64,000 nt of DNA from the human T2T-CHM13v2.0 reference genome, Homo sapiens. Below are positions 15,401-29,039 of the stretch, in pieces; position 1 is the first letter of the stretch; each line of letters starts with the position of its first letter. A program made the position numbers and the translations under genes. The stretch spans positions 4,160,001 to 4,224,000 of the forward strand of contig CP086569.2 in the NCBI GenBank assembly GCA_009914755.4, read 5' to 3'. The notes beneath the pieces were generated by a model. That model saw only the letters and a list, made by a program, of their open reading frames with translations, had not been told where the DNA came from and ran no database searches.

Positions 15401-16169
15401 ATAGAAACAGGCAATGTGATTAGTAGGGCTGATCTCTAGAAGCAATTAATAAAGTTTACTTGCCTTGTGGAATTCATTAGGCTCCTTCACCTTCTTCTTG
15501 ACTTCAGAGCCCTGTCAAAGGGATGGTTTCTTTTCTGACCCTATTTTCATTTCCAAAACAGCAATTAAAGGTTTGTCTGATTTTAATCAATATAGTAACA
15601 TGACAAATGTACCTAGAAGCTTCTAGGATATCAATGTAAAGTACTTCATCCCATATTTCCTTCTTTCATTAAGAGATGTGATATTTAAAACTAATAAGGT
15701 GATTTGGGAAGAAAAATATAGAAAAAAGGGCATGGATAGTAGTGTAAATATAAAAGGCCTAAAAAGTGTGACTAGTGAGATGTAGGGGGTTAGTAATAGA
15801 AGAAAACACTTCAGTTTCACTATACAAAGGGTAATCATACTACTCTGTACTATATCAGCAGTTCTCATGCTATTACAAGTTTTTTTTTTTTCCTCCCCCT
15901 AGGTAACTAGCACATTTACTATCATGGGTGACAATTTTTTGAGTTATGGCTGGAGAACCTGACTTGTGAAAGCTCCCTTCATTGTGCTGGAAGAAACTCA
16001 GCAGTGTGTCCCAGAGAAGAATCCACACCAGTTGCATCCATTTCTCAACAGTGTAAGCAATTTCTAAAGGAAGTGTTTGGCAGTACCGTAGGTAGATGTT
16101 GGAAAATAAGTTAATGCAATTCTATGCCAAGCTGAGTTAATTCAGCACTGCAAACTTACATAATTAGGT

Positions 16170-16624
16170 GTGAACCCTAAATACCTGAGACAGGTCTCAG
16201 TCAATTTCAGAAGTTTAAGAAGTTTATTTTGCCAAAGTTAAGGATGAGTGCCCACAACACAACCTCAGGAGGTGCTGACGACATGTGCTCAAGATGGTCA
16301 AAGCGCAACTTGGTTTTATACATTTTAGGGAGATAGGAGACATCATTCAATTTATGTAAGATGTACATTGCTTCCATCCATAAAGGCAGGACAACTCCAA
16401 GTGAGGAGGAGGCATCCAAGGTAGATAAGAGACAAAAGTGGCATTATTTTAAGTTTCTGATTACTCTTCCCAAAGGAAGTAATCAGATATCCATTTATCT
16501 CAGTGAGCAGAGGAATGACTTTGAATAGAATGGGAGGCAGGTTTGCCCTAAGAAGTTCCCAGCTTGACTTTTCCCTTTAGCTTAGTGATTTTGGGGTCCC
16601 AAGATTTATTTTTGTTTCACATAG
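16170..16624 (-). mobile_element. Solo LTR-like repeat, copy B (same family as 861-1328)
   Basis: The reverse complement starts TGTGAAACAAAAATAAATCTTGGGACCCCAAAATCACTAAGC and ends ...CTGAGACAGGTCTCAGGTATTTAGGGTTCACA. It is collinear with copies A, D and E. Confidence 0.5.
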
Positions 16625-17179
16625 GTAATAATAACCAATAATTGGTTGTTTTTTGTTGGCATATATGGCTTAAAATTTTAAGTGAAGTAGAAGCATTTAG
16701 AAATATCAGCTTACTGTTACCTAAAATGGAGATATTAAATAAGAGAGTATTCTACCATTTTCCCATTCTACAGCCAATATTTCATATTATCCAATCAATT
16801 CAGACAAATGGGACATAATTACTCAAATTATTTTGAAAATACAATTTTTAATTACTAAATGACACAAAACAGTTTTTTTTTACTTTTTCAATGACTAGTA
16901 AAACACTATTTATAGAAATAGATATATACATGTCAAAGAACACTGTATTTAATACACTTAAAGCCATTCCAGTGGTTTCTTGTGTGGTTTTGTGAAATAA
17001 AATAATTTTAACATATTTACTTATTTAAATATTTAACATGGTAAAATATTATCTTTTAATATTTGATGGAAGAAATTTCATTTCAGGATCAATATTAAAT
17101 GTTACATATGATTTACTTTTCAAGTCCCAAAGTTTTTATTAAATGGCCATATTGTAGTGTCTGTTGTTCCCTTCTTTGT

Positions 17180-18285
17180 GTCCGTGGAGGGGGTGCTCAG
17201 GCATGGCAGGCTGCAGGTCCTGAGCCCTGCCCCACGGGGAGGCAGCTGAGGCCCAGCGAGAATTCTAGTGCACCCTCCGCAGCTTCTGGCCCCTCTCTGC
17301 CCCGTGGCCTGAGCTTCCCTGAAGGGTTCCACCCCTGCTCTGCAGCGCCCTGTCTCATCAACTGCCCAAGGGCTGAGGAGTGCAGGAGCTGGCGTGCAGC
17401 TCCGCCCACGGCTCCAGCAACGGATCACTAGGTGAAGCCAGCTGGGCTCCTGAGTCGGGTGGGGACTTGGAGAACTTTTATGTCTAGCTAGAAGATTGTA
17501 AATACACCAATCAGCACTCTGTGTCTAGCTAAAAGATTGTAAATGCACCAATCAGCACTCTGTGTCTAGCTAAAGGTTTGTAAATGCACCAATCAGTGCT
17601 CTGTCTAGCTAATCTAGTGGGGACTTGGAAACCTTTAGTGTCTAGCAAAAGGATTGTAAATGCACCAATCAGCACTCTGTGTCTAGCTCAAGGTTCGTAA
17701 ATGCACCAATCAGCACCCTGTCAAAATGGACCAATCAGCTCTCTGTAAAATGGGCCAATCAGCTCTCTGTAAAATGGACCAATCAGCAGGATGTTGGTGG
17801 GGTCAGATAAGGGAATAAAAGCAGGCTGTGCAAACCAGCAGCGGCAACGCGCTGGGGTCCTCTTCCACACTGTGGAAGATTGGTTCTTTCGCTCTTTGCA
17901 ATAAATCTTGTTGCTGCTCACTCTTTGGGTCGGCACTGCCTTTATGAACTGTAACACTCACTGCGAAAGTCTGCAGCTTCACTCCTGAGGCCAGTGAGAC
18001 CACAAACCCACTGGGAGGAATGAACAACTCCAGACGGGATGAACAAACAATTCCAGATGTGCCACCTTAAGAGATGTAATACTCACCGTGAAGGTCTGCA
18101 GCTTCACTCCTGAAGCCAGCGAGACCATGAACCCACCAGAAGGAAGAAACTCTGAATATGTCCGAACATCAGAAGGAACAAATTCCAGACACACTATCTT
18201 TAAACTGTAACACTCACCAGCGAGGGTCTGCGGCTTCATTCTTGAAGTCAGTGAGACCAAGAACCCACCAATTTCGGACACACTA
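17180..18285 (+). mobile_element. Solo LTR12 (HERV9 LTR, LTR12C-like)
   Basis: GC-rich 5' part, then tandem units TGTCTAGCTAAAAGATTGTAAATGCACCAATCAGCACTCTGT. The 3' part has three copies of CTGTAACACTCACCGCGAAGGTCTGCAGCTTCACTCCTGAAGCCAGCGAGACCA-type repeats and ends GAACCCACCAATTTCGGACACA. All of these are hallmarks of LTR12. Confidence 0.8.
17478..17795. repeat. Tandem repeat array inside the LTR12 U3
   Basis: About six copies of a ~41 bp unit containing CCAATCAG, followed by three ~27 bp units TGTAAAATGGACCAATCAGCTCTC. This array is the source of the LIGPFYRE-repeat ORF in the track. Confidence 0.85.
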
Positions 18286-18925
18286 CCTTACTTAAAATTA
18301 TGCTACAAGGCTACAGTAACCAAAACAACATGGTACTGGTACAAGAAGACACATACAGGACAATAGAACAGAATAGAGAGCCAAGAAATAATACCACACC
18401 CCCACAACTATCTGATCTTCAACAAACCTGACCAAAAAAAGGAAAATATTTTCTATTAAACAAATAGTGCTGGGATAACTGGCTAGCCATATGGTGAAGA
18501 TTGAAACTGGACCTCTTCCTTACACCATATGCAGAAATTAACTCAAATGGCTTAAAGACTTAAATGTAAAACTCTAAACTATAAAAACCATGGAAGACAA
18601 CCTAGTCAATACCATTCAGGACATAGGCACAGGCAGGAATTTCATGATGAAGACACCAAAAGCAATTGCAACAAAAACAGAAATTTAAAAATTAGATCTA
18701 ATTAAACTAAAGAGCTTCTGCACAGCAAATGAAAACTATCAACAGAGTAAACAGACTATAGAATGAGATCATTATTTTTGCAAACTATGCGTCCAACAAA
18801 GATCAATATCCAGCATCTATGCGGACCTTAAACAAATTTACAAGAAAAAAAAACCCATAACAAAGTGGGCAAAGGACAAACAGACATTTTCTAAAATAAT
18901 ACTAGTTTACTTTAATATTTTTCTT
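18286..18925 (+). mobile_element. L1 fragment, ORF2 3' region, sense
   Basis: CTACAAGGCTACAGTAACCAAAACAACATGGTACTGG...AATAGTGCTGGGATAACTGGCTAGCCATATGGTGAAGATTGAAACTGGACC...AAAGTGGGCAAAGGACAAACAGACA. It matches the full-length L1 at 57690-58330 in this window. Confidence 0.8.
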
Positions 18926-18959
18926 TTGCATTGACCTTTGGTTAAAGTGATTACTGTGT

Positions 18960-19960
18960 GTCTTTGAGATGGTTGTTCTCTATAGGATCTCACAAGATTC
19001 TCTGAAATTTTGTTTAAAATTTGACCTCTCTGGTGAGGTTGGAAAATTTTTTATGCACAACATCTTCAAATATGCTTTGCAAGTTGCTTGCTTTCACTCT
19101 CTTTCAGTGTTGCCAATGTGTCATAGCTTTGGTCTCTACTTAATGCTATATTTATCAGAAAATTTTCTGATTCTTTTTTTTTTCTTTATTTTTGTATGAC
19201 TTAGTTGATTCAAATACCCACTCTTCAAACTGTGAGATTCTTTCCTCTGCTTTACGTATTCTGCTGTTAATACTTTCAATTGTAATATGAAATTATTGTA
19301 GTGAGTTTTTCAGTTCTAGAAGATCAGCTTGGTTCTTTCTTAAAATAACTTTTTTGTCTGTGAGTTTTTGTATTATTTTCCTGGATTCTTTGGATTGGAT
19401 TTCAACTTAATCCTAAATCTCTATGATCTTCATTGCCATCAAGATTCCAATTCCTATGTCTGACATTTAAGCCACTTAAGGCTGGTTAAGAACCATTGCT
19501 GGGGTGCTAGTTCAGTCATTTGGAGGTAAAAGACAATGGCTTTTTTAGTTGCCAGAGATCTTGTACTGGTTCTGTATGAATGTTCCTTTAATTTTTGAAG
19601 TCACTGTCTTCTGAATGGGGCTTTTAGCTTTTATATTACTTTATGCCCTTCAGTGTTTGACTGTGATATAAGTTGGGTTCAGTCAGGTGGCTTCATTTCT
19701 AGATAATTTCATGGGGCCCAGGCTCAGCTCAGCACCACTGGGCTGCATGCTCCATCCGTGAAGAGCTGGGACCAGACCTACTGCTTTGTTGTCTTACGCC
19801 TTGAGGTTAACCACATGCTAAGCTGGAGGGGCCAAGGTGTTCCCAGTCCACTGGCCATGACACTCAAATTGGAGGTGCCAAAGAAAGTGCTTTATAGGCA
19901 CAGTAGCAGTGAGATCTGTTTTCATACACATATGTCAGCAGCAGTGGGGCAGCAATGTAG
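18960..19960 (-). mobile_element. L1 fragment, ORF1 N-terminal region and 3' part of the 5'UTR, antisense
   Basis: The reverse complement aligns to positions 54400-55150 of the full-length L1 in this window, for example ...AATGAAGATCATAGAGATTTAGGATTAAGTTGAAATCCAATCCAAAGAATCCAGG.... Confidence 0.65.
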
Positions 19961-22020
19961 CATATCCTGTGCAAACATTTTTGTGTGTGTGTGCGTCCTC
20001 AGCTGGCTTTGATATCTGGGTAATGCTGGTCTCATATAATGAATTTGAAAGTGTATTCTTCTCTCCAAATTTTTCAGAGTTTGAGCCAGAGTCATGTTCA
20101 TTCTTATGTAAATGTTCAGTAGAATTCATCAGTGAAGCCATTTTGTCTAGGACTTTTCTTGCTGTGAGGTTTTTGATTATGAATTATCAATATATGTACA
20201 TTTTTATTCTTCTTTATTGTTTTGATAAGTTATGTGTATCTAGGAATTTGTCCATTTCATTTATTCAGTTTGTTGGCATACCATTGTTCATAGAACATTA
20301 TTTTAAGCCTTATATTTACTAAATCTTTATTTTATTTATTCCATTTATTTTATGAAGTCAGTAGTAATGTACCCACTTTCAATGCTCATTTTAGTAGCTT
20401 GAAAAATCTCTTTTCTTATTAGTTAACTTACCTAAATGTTTCACAACTTTGTTTATGTTTTTGAGGAACAAACTTTTGGATACATGGATTTTTCTATATT
20501 GTTTTTCTATTTTCTCCTTTTAATTTCTCTGCTCTTATCTTTATTATGTATTTTTTCTACTACTTTTGGGTTTAGTTTCTTCTTTTTGTAGTTCCTTAAC
20601 ATATGAAGTTATGTTGTTGATTTCAGATCTTTCTTCTTTGATTTAATGCAATTATTTACAGGTACAAATTTTTCCCTTAGCAATGCTTTTGCTGCACTCT
20701 TCTTATTTACAGTTCTGTCTACCCTCATTCTATGGTATTGATTCCACAAATAGTATTTTTAATATATTCTGTGCCCACCAACATGTGTTTATAATTTTTT
20801 ATTTATCCTATATAAAATAAAAAGTGAAGTTACAAATAAAAATTACAACAATACTGGTTTTTGTATTTACTCATGTATTTACCTTTGGTGAAGATATTTA
20901 TATTTTCATAAATCTTTAATTTATTATCTAGCATCATTTTATTTCAACCTGAGAGACTTTCTTTAGCAATTCATGTAAGGAAGGTCTAGTGAAAATAGCA
21001 TTTTTCAGTTTTGGTTTACATGAGAATGTCTAAATTTTCTTCAATTTGAAGGGCAATTTTGTCAAATATAAAATATCTCATTAGACAGTTTTTTTCTTCT
21101 ATACTTTAAATGCATCATTCCATTGTCTCTGTTCTCCAATGTTTCTACTGAGAAATCTGCTGCATTTTTTATTGAAAAATATATACCCATTGTATATAAG
21201 TCCCTTTCCTCTTGCTGCTTTAATATTCTTCCTTTGTTTTTGCCTTCTGATAGTTCGATTATCATGTATCTTATTGTGGGTCTTTATGGGTTTACTTACA
21301 TAGAGTTTGTTTAGCTTCTTGGATTTGATGCTTTATGTCTTTCCTCAAATATGCAAAATTTTGGGCCATTCTTTCTTAAAATAAGCACTCTTCCCCTTTC
21401 TCTGTCTATATTTTCCTAGAACTCCCATAGTGCAAATATTGTTTTGCTTAATGGTGTTCTATATTTTTTTAGGCTCTGTTCACATTTCTTCATCCTTAAT
21501 TTTCCTTTTGATCCTCAGACAGGAAATTATCAAATATCTTATCTTTTATTTCATTAATTATTTCTTTAACCTGTTTGAGCCTGCTGCTCATTCTCTCAGG
21601 GAAATTTTTAAATATGGTGTTATATTTTTATCTTCAAAATTTTTGTGTGGTTCCTCTTCATAATTTATATTTCTTATTGGTATTCTCATTTATAGATTAT
21701 TTTCCTGGTTTTCCTTAGTCCTTTGTTTATGTTTTTTATTAGCTCTTTGATTATATTTATAATTGTTTTATGTTTTTTTGGCTGGTAAGTCAGATGTGTG
21801 TCTATTTTTCAGAAAAGATTTCTGCTATTTTATTTTCTTCCTTTGAACAGGGCATGTTTATGTTTCTGTGTATGCCTGTGGATATATTTTGTTGAAAGTT
21901 GGGCATTTTTTTAAAAAAATCAGTCACCTCTCCTAGTCTTTTTGAACTGGCTCTGTGCCTGGAAAATATCCTTCACTAATTAGCTGGGCATGTTCTAGGC
22001 TGTGTTAGATCAGGTTGTCC
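19961..22020 (-). mobile_element. L1 fragment, ORF2 region, antisense; not collinear with the 18960-19960 piece
   Basis: Antisense ORF2 motifs such as ...TTTGGGTTTAGTTTCTTCTTTTTGTAGTTCCTTAAC...CCTTAGCAATGCTTTTGCTGCACTC are homologous to 50540-51130 of the antisense L1 further downstream. Confidence 0.6.
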
Positions 22021-22042
22021 AAAAAAACAGGACCATTAGGAG

Positions 22043-22044
<2 letters not shown>

Positions 22045-22088
<44 letters not shown>
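22045..22088. repeat. (AC)n microsatellite, about 22 units
   Basis: Perfect acacac... run. It accounts for the THTHTHTH ORF in the track. Confidence 0.95.
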
Positions 22089-22089
<1 letters not shown>

Positions 22090-22091
<2 letters not shown>

Positions 22092-22600
22092 CAAAATTTA
22101 TAAGATATTGGCTTACAGTATTATGGCTTACAAAATTATTGGCTTACAGAATTATGGAGACCAAGAAGTCCTGCAATCTTCCACATGCAAGCTGGCAACC
22201 CAGGAATGTTGGTGGTGCACTTTGAAGGCCTGAGAGCCAGAGAGCCAATGGTGTAGATTCTGGTCCAAATTTGAAGACCTGAGAATTAGGAGCACCAAGG
22301 GCAGGAGGATATTGATGTCCCAGAGCAAGCAGTCAGACAGAGAGTGAATTCAAGCTTACTTTGCCTTTTTGTTCTGTTAAGGCTCTCAAGAATTAGATAA
22401 TGCCACCTATGTTAGTGATGGCAATCTTCTTTACTCACATCACCAATTCAAATGCTAATCTCTTCCAGAAGCACCCTTAGAGATATGCTTAAAAATAATG
22501 TTTAAGAAGTTATTTGGGCATGTCATAACCCAGTCAATTTGACACATAATATCACCCATCATATATGTCTTGTGATTAGCCAAATTGGAATGATTAAGGT
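22090..22600 (+). mobile_element. Old L1 (L1M-type) 3'-end-derived repeat
   Basis: ...GGAGACCAAGAAGTCCTGCAATCTTCCACATGCAAGCTGGCAACCCAGGAATGTTGGTGGTGCACTTTGAAGGCCTGAGAGCCAG...CACCAATTCAAATGCTAATCTCTTCCAGAAGCACCC...ACCCAGTCAATTTGACACATAATATCACCCATCA. I remember this motif from L1M 3' UTRs. Confidence 0.4.
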
Positions 22601-23212
22601 CTCTCAGACATTTTCTAAGTATACATCTTTACTGGCCTGTGTGTGGCTTTTTGATTCTCTATATACATGGCTACTTTTAAATGTCTTAATCTTCTAAAGT
22701 GTTTTACCTCAGCCTCCTCTTGGGCCTTAGATCATCTATTCCAAGTCTCCACCCATCATCTCTTGCTGCAGGCATCTGTGGGTCTTGCTCACTTTGAAGA
22801 TTTTCCAATAAGGGCCCACTGCTTCTCCCTGCCTATAATCTGAATTACGCAAAATAGAGACCAGTTACTTAAACACCCAGACAGGTTAGAACATTATAAA
22901 TGAAATCTGCTCTACTACCTTCCATTTGAAGAATGGCATTGGTAACTGGGATGCTGCCTTATATTGTTTGTTGTAGGGCTCCACCTATAATCTCTTACTC
23001 CAGACATTTGTTGGTGTGTGTCCCCCTTCATGTTCCTGGGCAGTGCCTGTGTTTCTCTTTGCCCCAGGCTTGAGTTATGCCACTTCACCTCCCCCCTACT
23101 GGAGATCTGAGTTATGCAATACAAAGACAAGTTATTCAGAAAGCCCTCAGACATATTAGAAAGTAGCAAATAAGGTTGAACTTGTAACCTTTAAATTTGG
23201 GAGGCAAAGACG

Positions 23213-23377
23213 AGAGTTTCACTTGAGGTCAGGAGTACGAGACCAGCTTGGTCAACATGGTGAAAACCCATCTCTATTAAAAATATGAAAATTAGCCTGG
23301 CATGGTGGTGGCTGCCTGTAATCCCAGCTACTCAGGAGGCCGAGGCAGGAGAGTTGCTTGAACCTGGGAGGTTCAAA
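23213..23377 (+). mobile_element. Alu internal fragment, about 165 bp
   Basis: ...GGTCAGGAGTACGAGACCAGCTTGGTCAACATGGTGAAAACCCATCTCTATTAAAAATATGAAAATTAGCCTGGCATGGTGGTGGCTGCCTGTAATCCCAGCTACTCAGGAGGCCGAGGCAGGAGAGTTGCTTGAACCTGGGAGGTTC. Confidence 0.85.
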
Positions 23378-25051
23378 TAAGTAGCCAATAAGGTCTGCTC
23401 TACTCTCTCTGGCTCAAGGGAGGGAATTGGAAATTAGATAGCCACACCATGCTGGACAGGGTGTAGGACATGGTGGCCAGAAATGCAATGAAATTTCCTA
23501 CTGTTTTTAAAATGGCTTTTAAAAAAATGAGTATTTGCTTTGTTGCTGTAGACCTCTGATTGTTTCCCAGGCCTCCAATAAGGTAATTTAAACCATTTTA
23601 TTTTCTTTTGTTTTGCTTTTGATGTCTTAATGGGGTCTTGGATCTTCCTTGTCTGTTGTTTTGCTGACAACATTACTTATTAGGTTGATTTTAAACTAAT
23701 GATGATAATAATGATCTTGACATTTATGGAGTGCAAATCCCATGTTTAATTGCCTTACATGCATTATCTCGTTTAATCTTCACAATATTATTAGTGTATT
23801 TTATTTTAAAAATCTCTCTGAAGCATGGAGAATTTAAGTAAACATCCCAAGTACACTTATATAGTAAGTGATAAAACCACAAATCTTATTTAAGCATTCC
23901 TGATACTGCACCCATTGTGCTAATGACTAGAAGATATTTTTCTTAAGGAAATGATAATCAAATTTACATGTAAAATATAATATACACAAGTTATTATCAG
24001 TGCACAGAAGAGCAAACAATCAGTTAAATTTATTTTTTTCCAGAGTTAAAAAATGATATTTGTGCTGCTACACTTTATTCTAGAACCACAGAATCTCTCT
24101 CAACACAATAGTCTAGCCACATCTTCATCAGTCAATCAGAAATAATAGTTGGGTTATACACATTTTTCACCTTATAAAATATAACAATATTTATGATTTT
24201 TAGAGTCATTATAAATCTTTTATAAAATTCTGAAATACATGGAAGCTATAGCTAAACCAAATGGAAGTCTTTGGATTCCAGAACACTTGACATCAAGTCA
24301 TGACTCTGCCACTTGCTCGTTGTATGGTTAGCAGCAAGATATTTTTTCTCTCTGATTTTTAATTTTCATATTTAAATTTGGCTAAGAGTACTTGCCTCTT
24401 AAAACTGTGTTGCTGGTATTACCAGAGTGTGGTATAATTAAAATATATATTTGCTTTTTGTCACCAGTTTCTCACACAGTACATCAAAAGCCCTTGCAAT
24501 TTTCTGAGTGATAAAAGCATCTTTTGATATTCACAACAGGTCCCTTTTGACCGTACCTGAGTTTATGCGAACAAGGTAACTCATTGTGGGAACTTAGATA
24601 ATATTTTCAAGGGAGGGACTGGCCATGCAGGTGATTAGAGGGTTGAAACCTTTAGCACCATCCACCAACCTCCAGGGATGGGAGGAGGGATGATGATTGA
24701 GTTCAGAATTGAATATTCCCGATACAAAGAAATAATAAATATTTGAGTTTATGGATATGTGAATTACTCTAATTTGAACCAATTACCAATGATTTAATCA
24801 ATCATGCCTATTTTACAAGGCCTTGATAAAAATCTTTTAACAATGAGTTTTGGAGAGATTCTGAATTGGTAAACACAATGGATGCATATATGCTGGGAGA
24901 GTGGCATGCCAGAAGAAGTCATGAAAGTTTTCCCTTCGTCCCCATTTCCTTGTCCTGTGAATGTCTTCCTTTTGGCTATTCCTAGTTGGTTTTCTTTATA
25001 ATAAAATTGCAATCACAAGTACAGCACTTTCCTGAGTTCTGTGCATAATTC

Positions 25052-25366
25052 TTTTTTTTTTCTTTTTTTTTTTTTTGAGACAGAGTCTCACTTTGTCGCC
25101 TAGGCTGGAGTGCAGTGACGTGATCTCCGCTCACTACAAACTCGCCTCCCAGGTTCAAGCAACTCTCCTGCCTCGGCCTCCTGAGTAGCTGGGATTACAG
25201 GCAGCCACCACCAGGCCAGGCTAACTTCCATATTTTTAGTAGAGATGGGTTTTCACCATGTTGACCAGGCTGGTCTCATACTGCTGACCTCAAGTGAACC
25301 TCTCGTCTTTGCCTCCCAAAGTGCTGGGATTACAGGAGTGAGCCACTGCGCCTGGCTTTCTGTGCC
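25052..25366 (-). mobile_element. Alu (antisense)
   Basis: (T)n then GAGACAGAGTCTCACTTTGTCGCCTAGGCTGGAGTGCAGTG...GCTGGGATTACAGGAGTGAGCCACTGCGCCTGGC. Confidence 0.9.
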
Positions 25367-26862
25367 TAATTCTATCAGATAATTGAACTTGAGGAGAGAT
25401 TCATGGGAACTCTCAAATCTGTAGTAAGCTAGGTAGAGTGCAGTTAACTTGGGCTGATGTCTTGTGGTGGTGATCATTTTGTGGGACTGAGCCCTCAGCC
25501 TGTGGGTTCTCTATTGACCCTGGGCAGTTAGTATCAAAATTAAATTGATTTGCAGGATGCCTAGATGGTATTGGAGAGTTGAACATTGCTGAAAAAGCTT
25601 CATATACAGATAAAAATAATAAAGTGCTAAGTTGATTTTCTGGTAGATCATAGATGCTTAATAAATCATGGTTAATATCACCTTCAGATGATTTAGGAAG
25701 TAACCAATTATTTAAGCATTCCTATATGTCCTGAAATGCTCTGAGTAGGGGTGTTTTATCAAGAGTGTTCTCTTATGCTATAAATAGATATATAATTTCA
25801 AAATGAAAAGACAGCCAAATAAAAATGTTCTCATTAAAATTAAACTGAATATAATTTGAAAATAATTATTGTACAGGGTACTGGATATAGACTTATATAC
25901 AACTTCAGAAGGTAATTTAAAAACTATATTGTTAATAATAAATCGCTTAATTACCATTTCTTTATGGCTTATAGAAATAGAATATGAAAAATGTTTAATG
26001 TTTAATGTCTTAAAATGTTAAAAATGTTTAATGCTTTAAAACGTATAAATGTTTGGATTCTGAATAAATGAGAGTACACATTAAAATTTGAGTACATTCT
26101 TTAAAACAATTATTCTCAACCAAGAGTTAGGAGGAAGTTTGAAGCATATTATAATAATCTGGGATTTTTTTTTTCCAGTCCACAGCTCTTGGAGACTCTA
26201 TTGTCTCCCAAAGTGGTGGAGTTCCTTTCATTATCACCTCCACCCATCATCCTACCTTCTATTCCTTTAGAGAATCACTGGCATTCTAAAGGTTTGTTAC
26301 TGAAAGAAATACATTATATCTCTTACATATATAGAGGTTGTAAGGAAGCTGATAATTACTATGCCTGTGTTTGACATTCTATGACTTATAAATGAGGGAA
26401 ACCAACCCTCAAGTACTTACAAGGTGTAGTCACAAGGAGAAAATATAATTACAATATCTTTAAATATCAAGATTTAAGGAACAAGTACTTGTATATGTGA
26501 ATATTTATGCATCTTTAATAAACGATCAACTTGTATTTCCTCCAATTGACATATTTAAATTATTTGAACTCATAAAGAAAATGACATCATATTTTCTGTT
26601 CCTTTAAATAATATTGCATAGTTCCACTGTAAGAGTAAATATCACTAAACTTTTTTTTAGGTATATAAGAATAACTTACAGTAAATAAATTCTGGAAACC
26701 AACCTCTTTCATAGTAACATTTGAAAAGTAGAGGGCAAAGTTAGTATACGTTACCTGAAAACTTGTAGTTGTGAAATGTTTAAGTCTAGATATTGTCCAT
26801 TAACAGTATTCCCTAGTTACTTCTTTTTCTGCTACATTTAATACTGCTGCTTCTGTTATAGT

Positions 26863-27177
<315 letters not shown>

Positions 27178-27304
27178 ATTTTTTCTTTTACTTTTATCCT
27201 TTAGTCCAAGCCAAACTGAAAAAAAGTCCAAACTGAATAGTACTTGATAATGTATCAAACTCTGTCTCAAAATTGTATATTATACCAACCCTGATACTGA
27301 GTTA

Positions 27305-27664
<360 letters not shown>

Positions 27665-27810
27665 TTATCAAATATTATGGCTTTGTAGGAGATGTGTTGT
27701 GACTTTTGGCACAAAACAAATAAATGATTAATTATCATTGGAAAATAAATCATCTAGAGTTGTGTCTATTGTTCTTTAGAACATTTTTATAGCACCTTAA
27801 AAAACACCTT

Positions 27811-28945
<1,135 letters not shown>

Positions 28946-29039
28946 ACAAAAAATAGAGTAATCAGACAACCTACATAATGGTAGAAAATATTTGAAAGCT
29001 GTACATCTGACACGGGTCTAATATCCAAAATCTATAAGA
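28946..29039 (+). mobile_element. Short L1 sense segment (about L1 positions 5.6-5.7 kb) joined head-to-head to the preceding antisense L1
   Basis: AAACAAAAAATAGAGTAATCAGACAACCTACATAATGGTAGAAAATATTTGAAAGCTGTACATCTGACACGGGTCTAATATCCAAAATCTATAAGAAAG resembles L1 sense ...AACAGGCAACCTACAAAATGGGAGAAAATTTTCGCAA...CATCTGACAAAGGGCTAATATCCAGAATCTACAA.... The preceding bases are the antisense of the same L1 region. Confidence 0.45.

Noticed and set aside
17099-17431. GC-rich segment with overlapping 110-, 102- and 70-aa ORFs on both strands; possible CpG-island promoter or exon
   Set aside because: The segment is the GC-rich 5' (U3) part of the LTR12 element. ORFs on both strands in GC-rich DNA are expected by chance. 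Any promoter activity would belong to the LTR, not to a host gene.
17478-17795. Regularly spaced ~41-bp direct repeats that could superficially resemble a CRISPR array
   Set aside because: The sequence is primate DNA. The units are contiguous tandem repeats with no unique spacers, and they are a known component of the LTR12 U3.
25960-26050. AT-rich imperfect tandem repeat AATGTTTAATG…, a possible minisatellite
   Set aside because: It has only about four or five degenerate units with variable spacing. This is too weak to call beyond low-complexity sequence.
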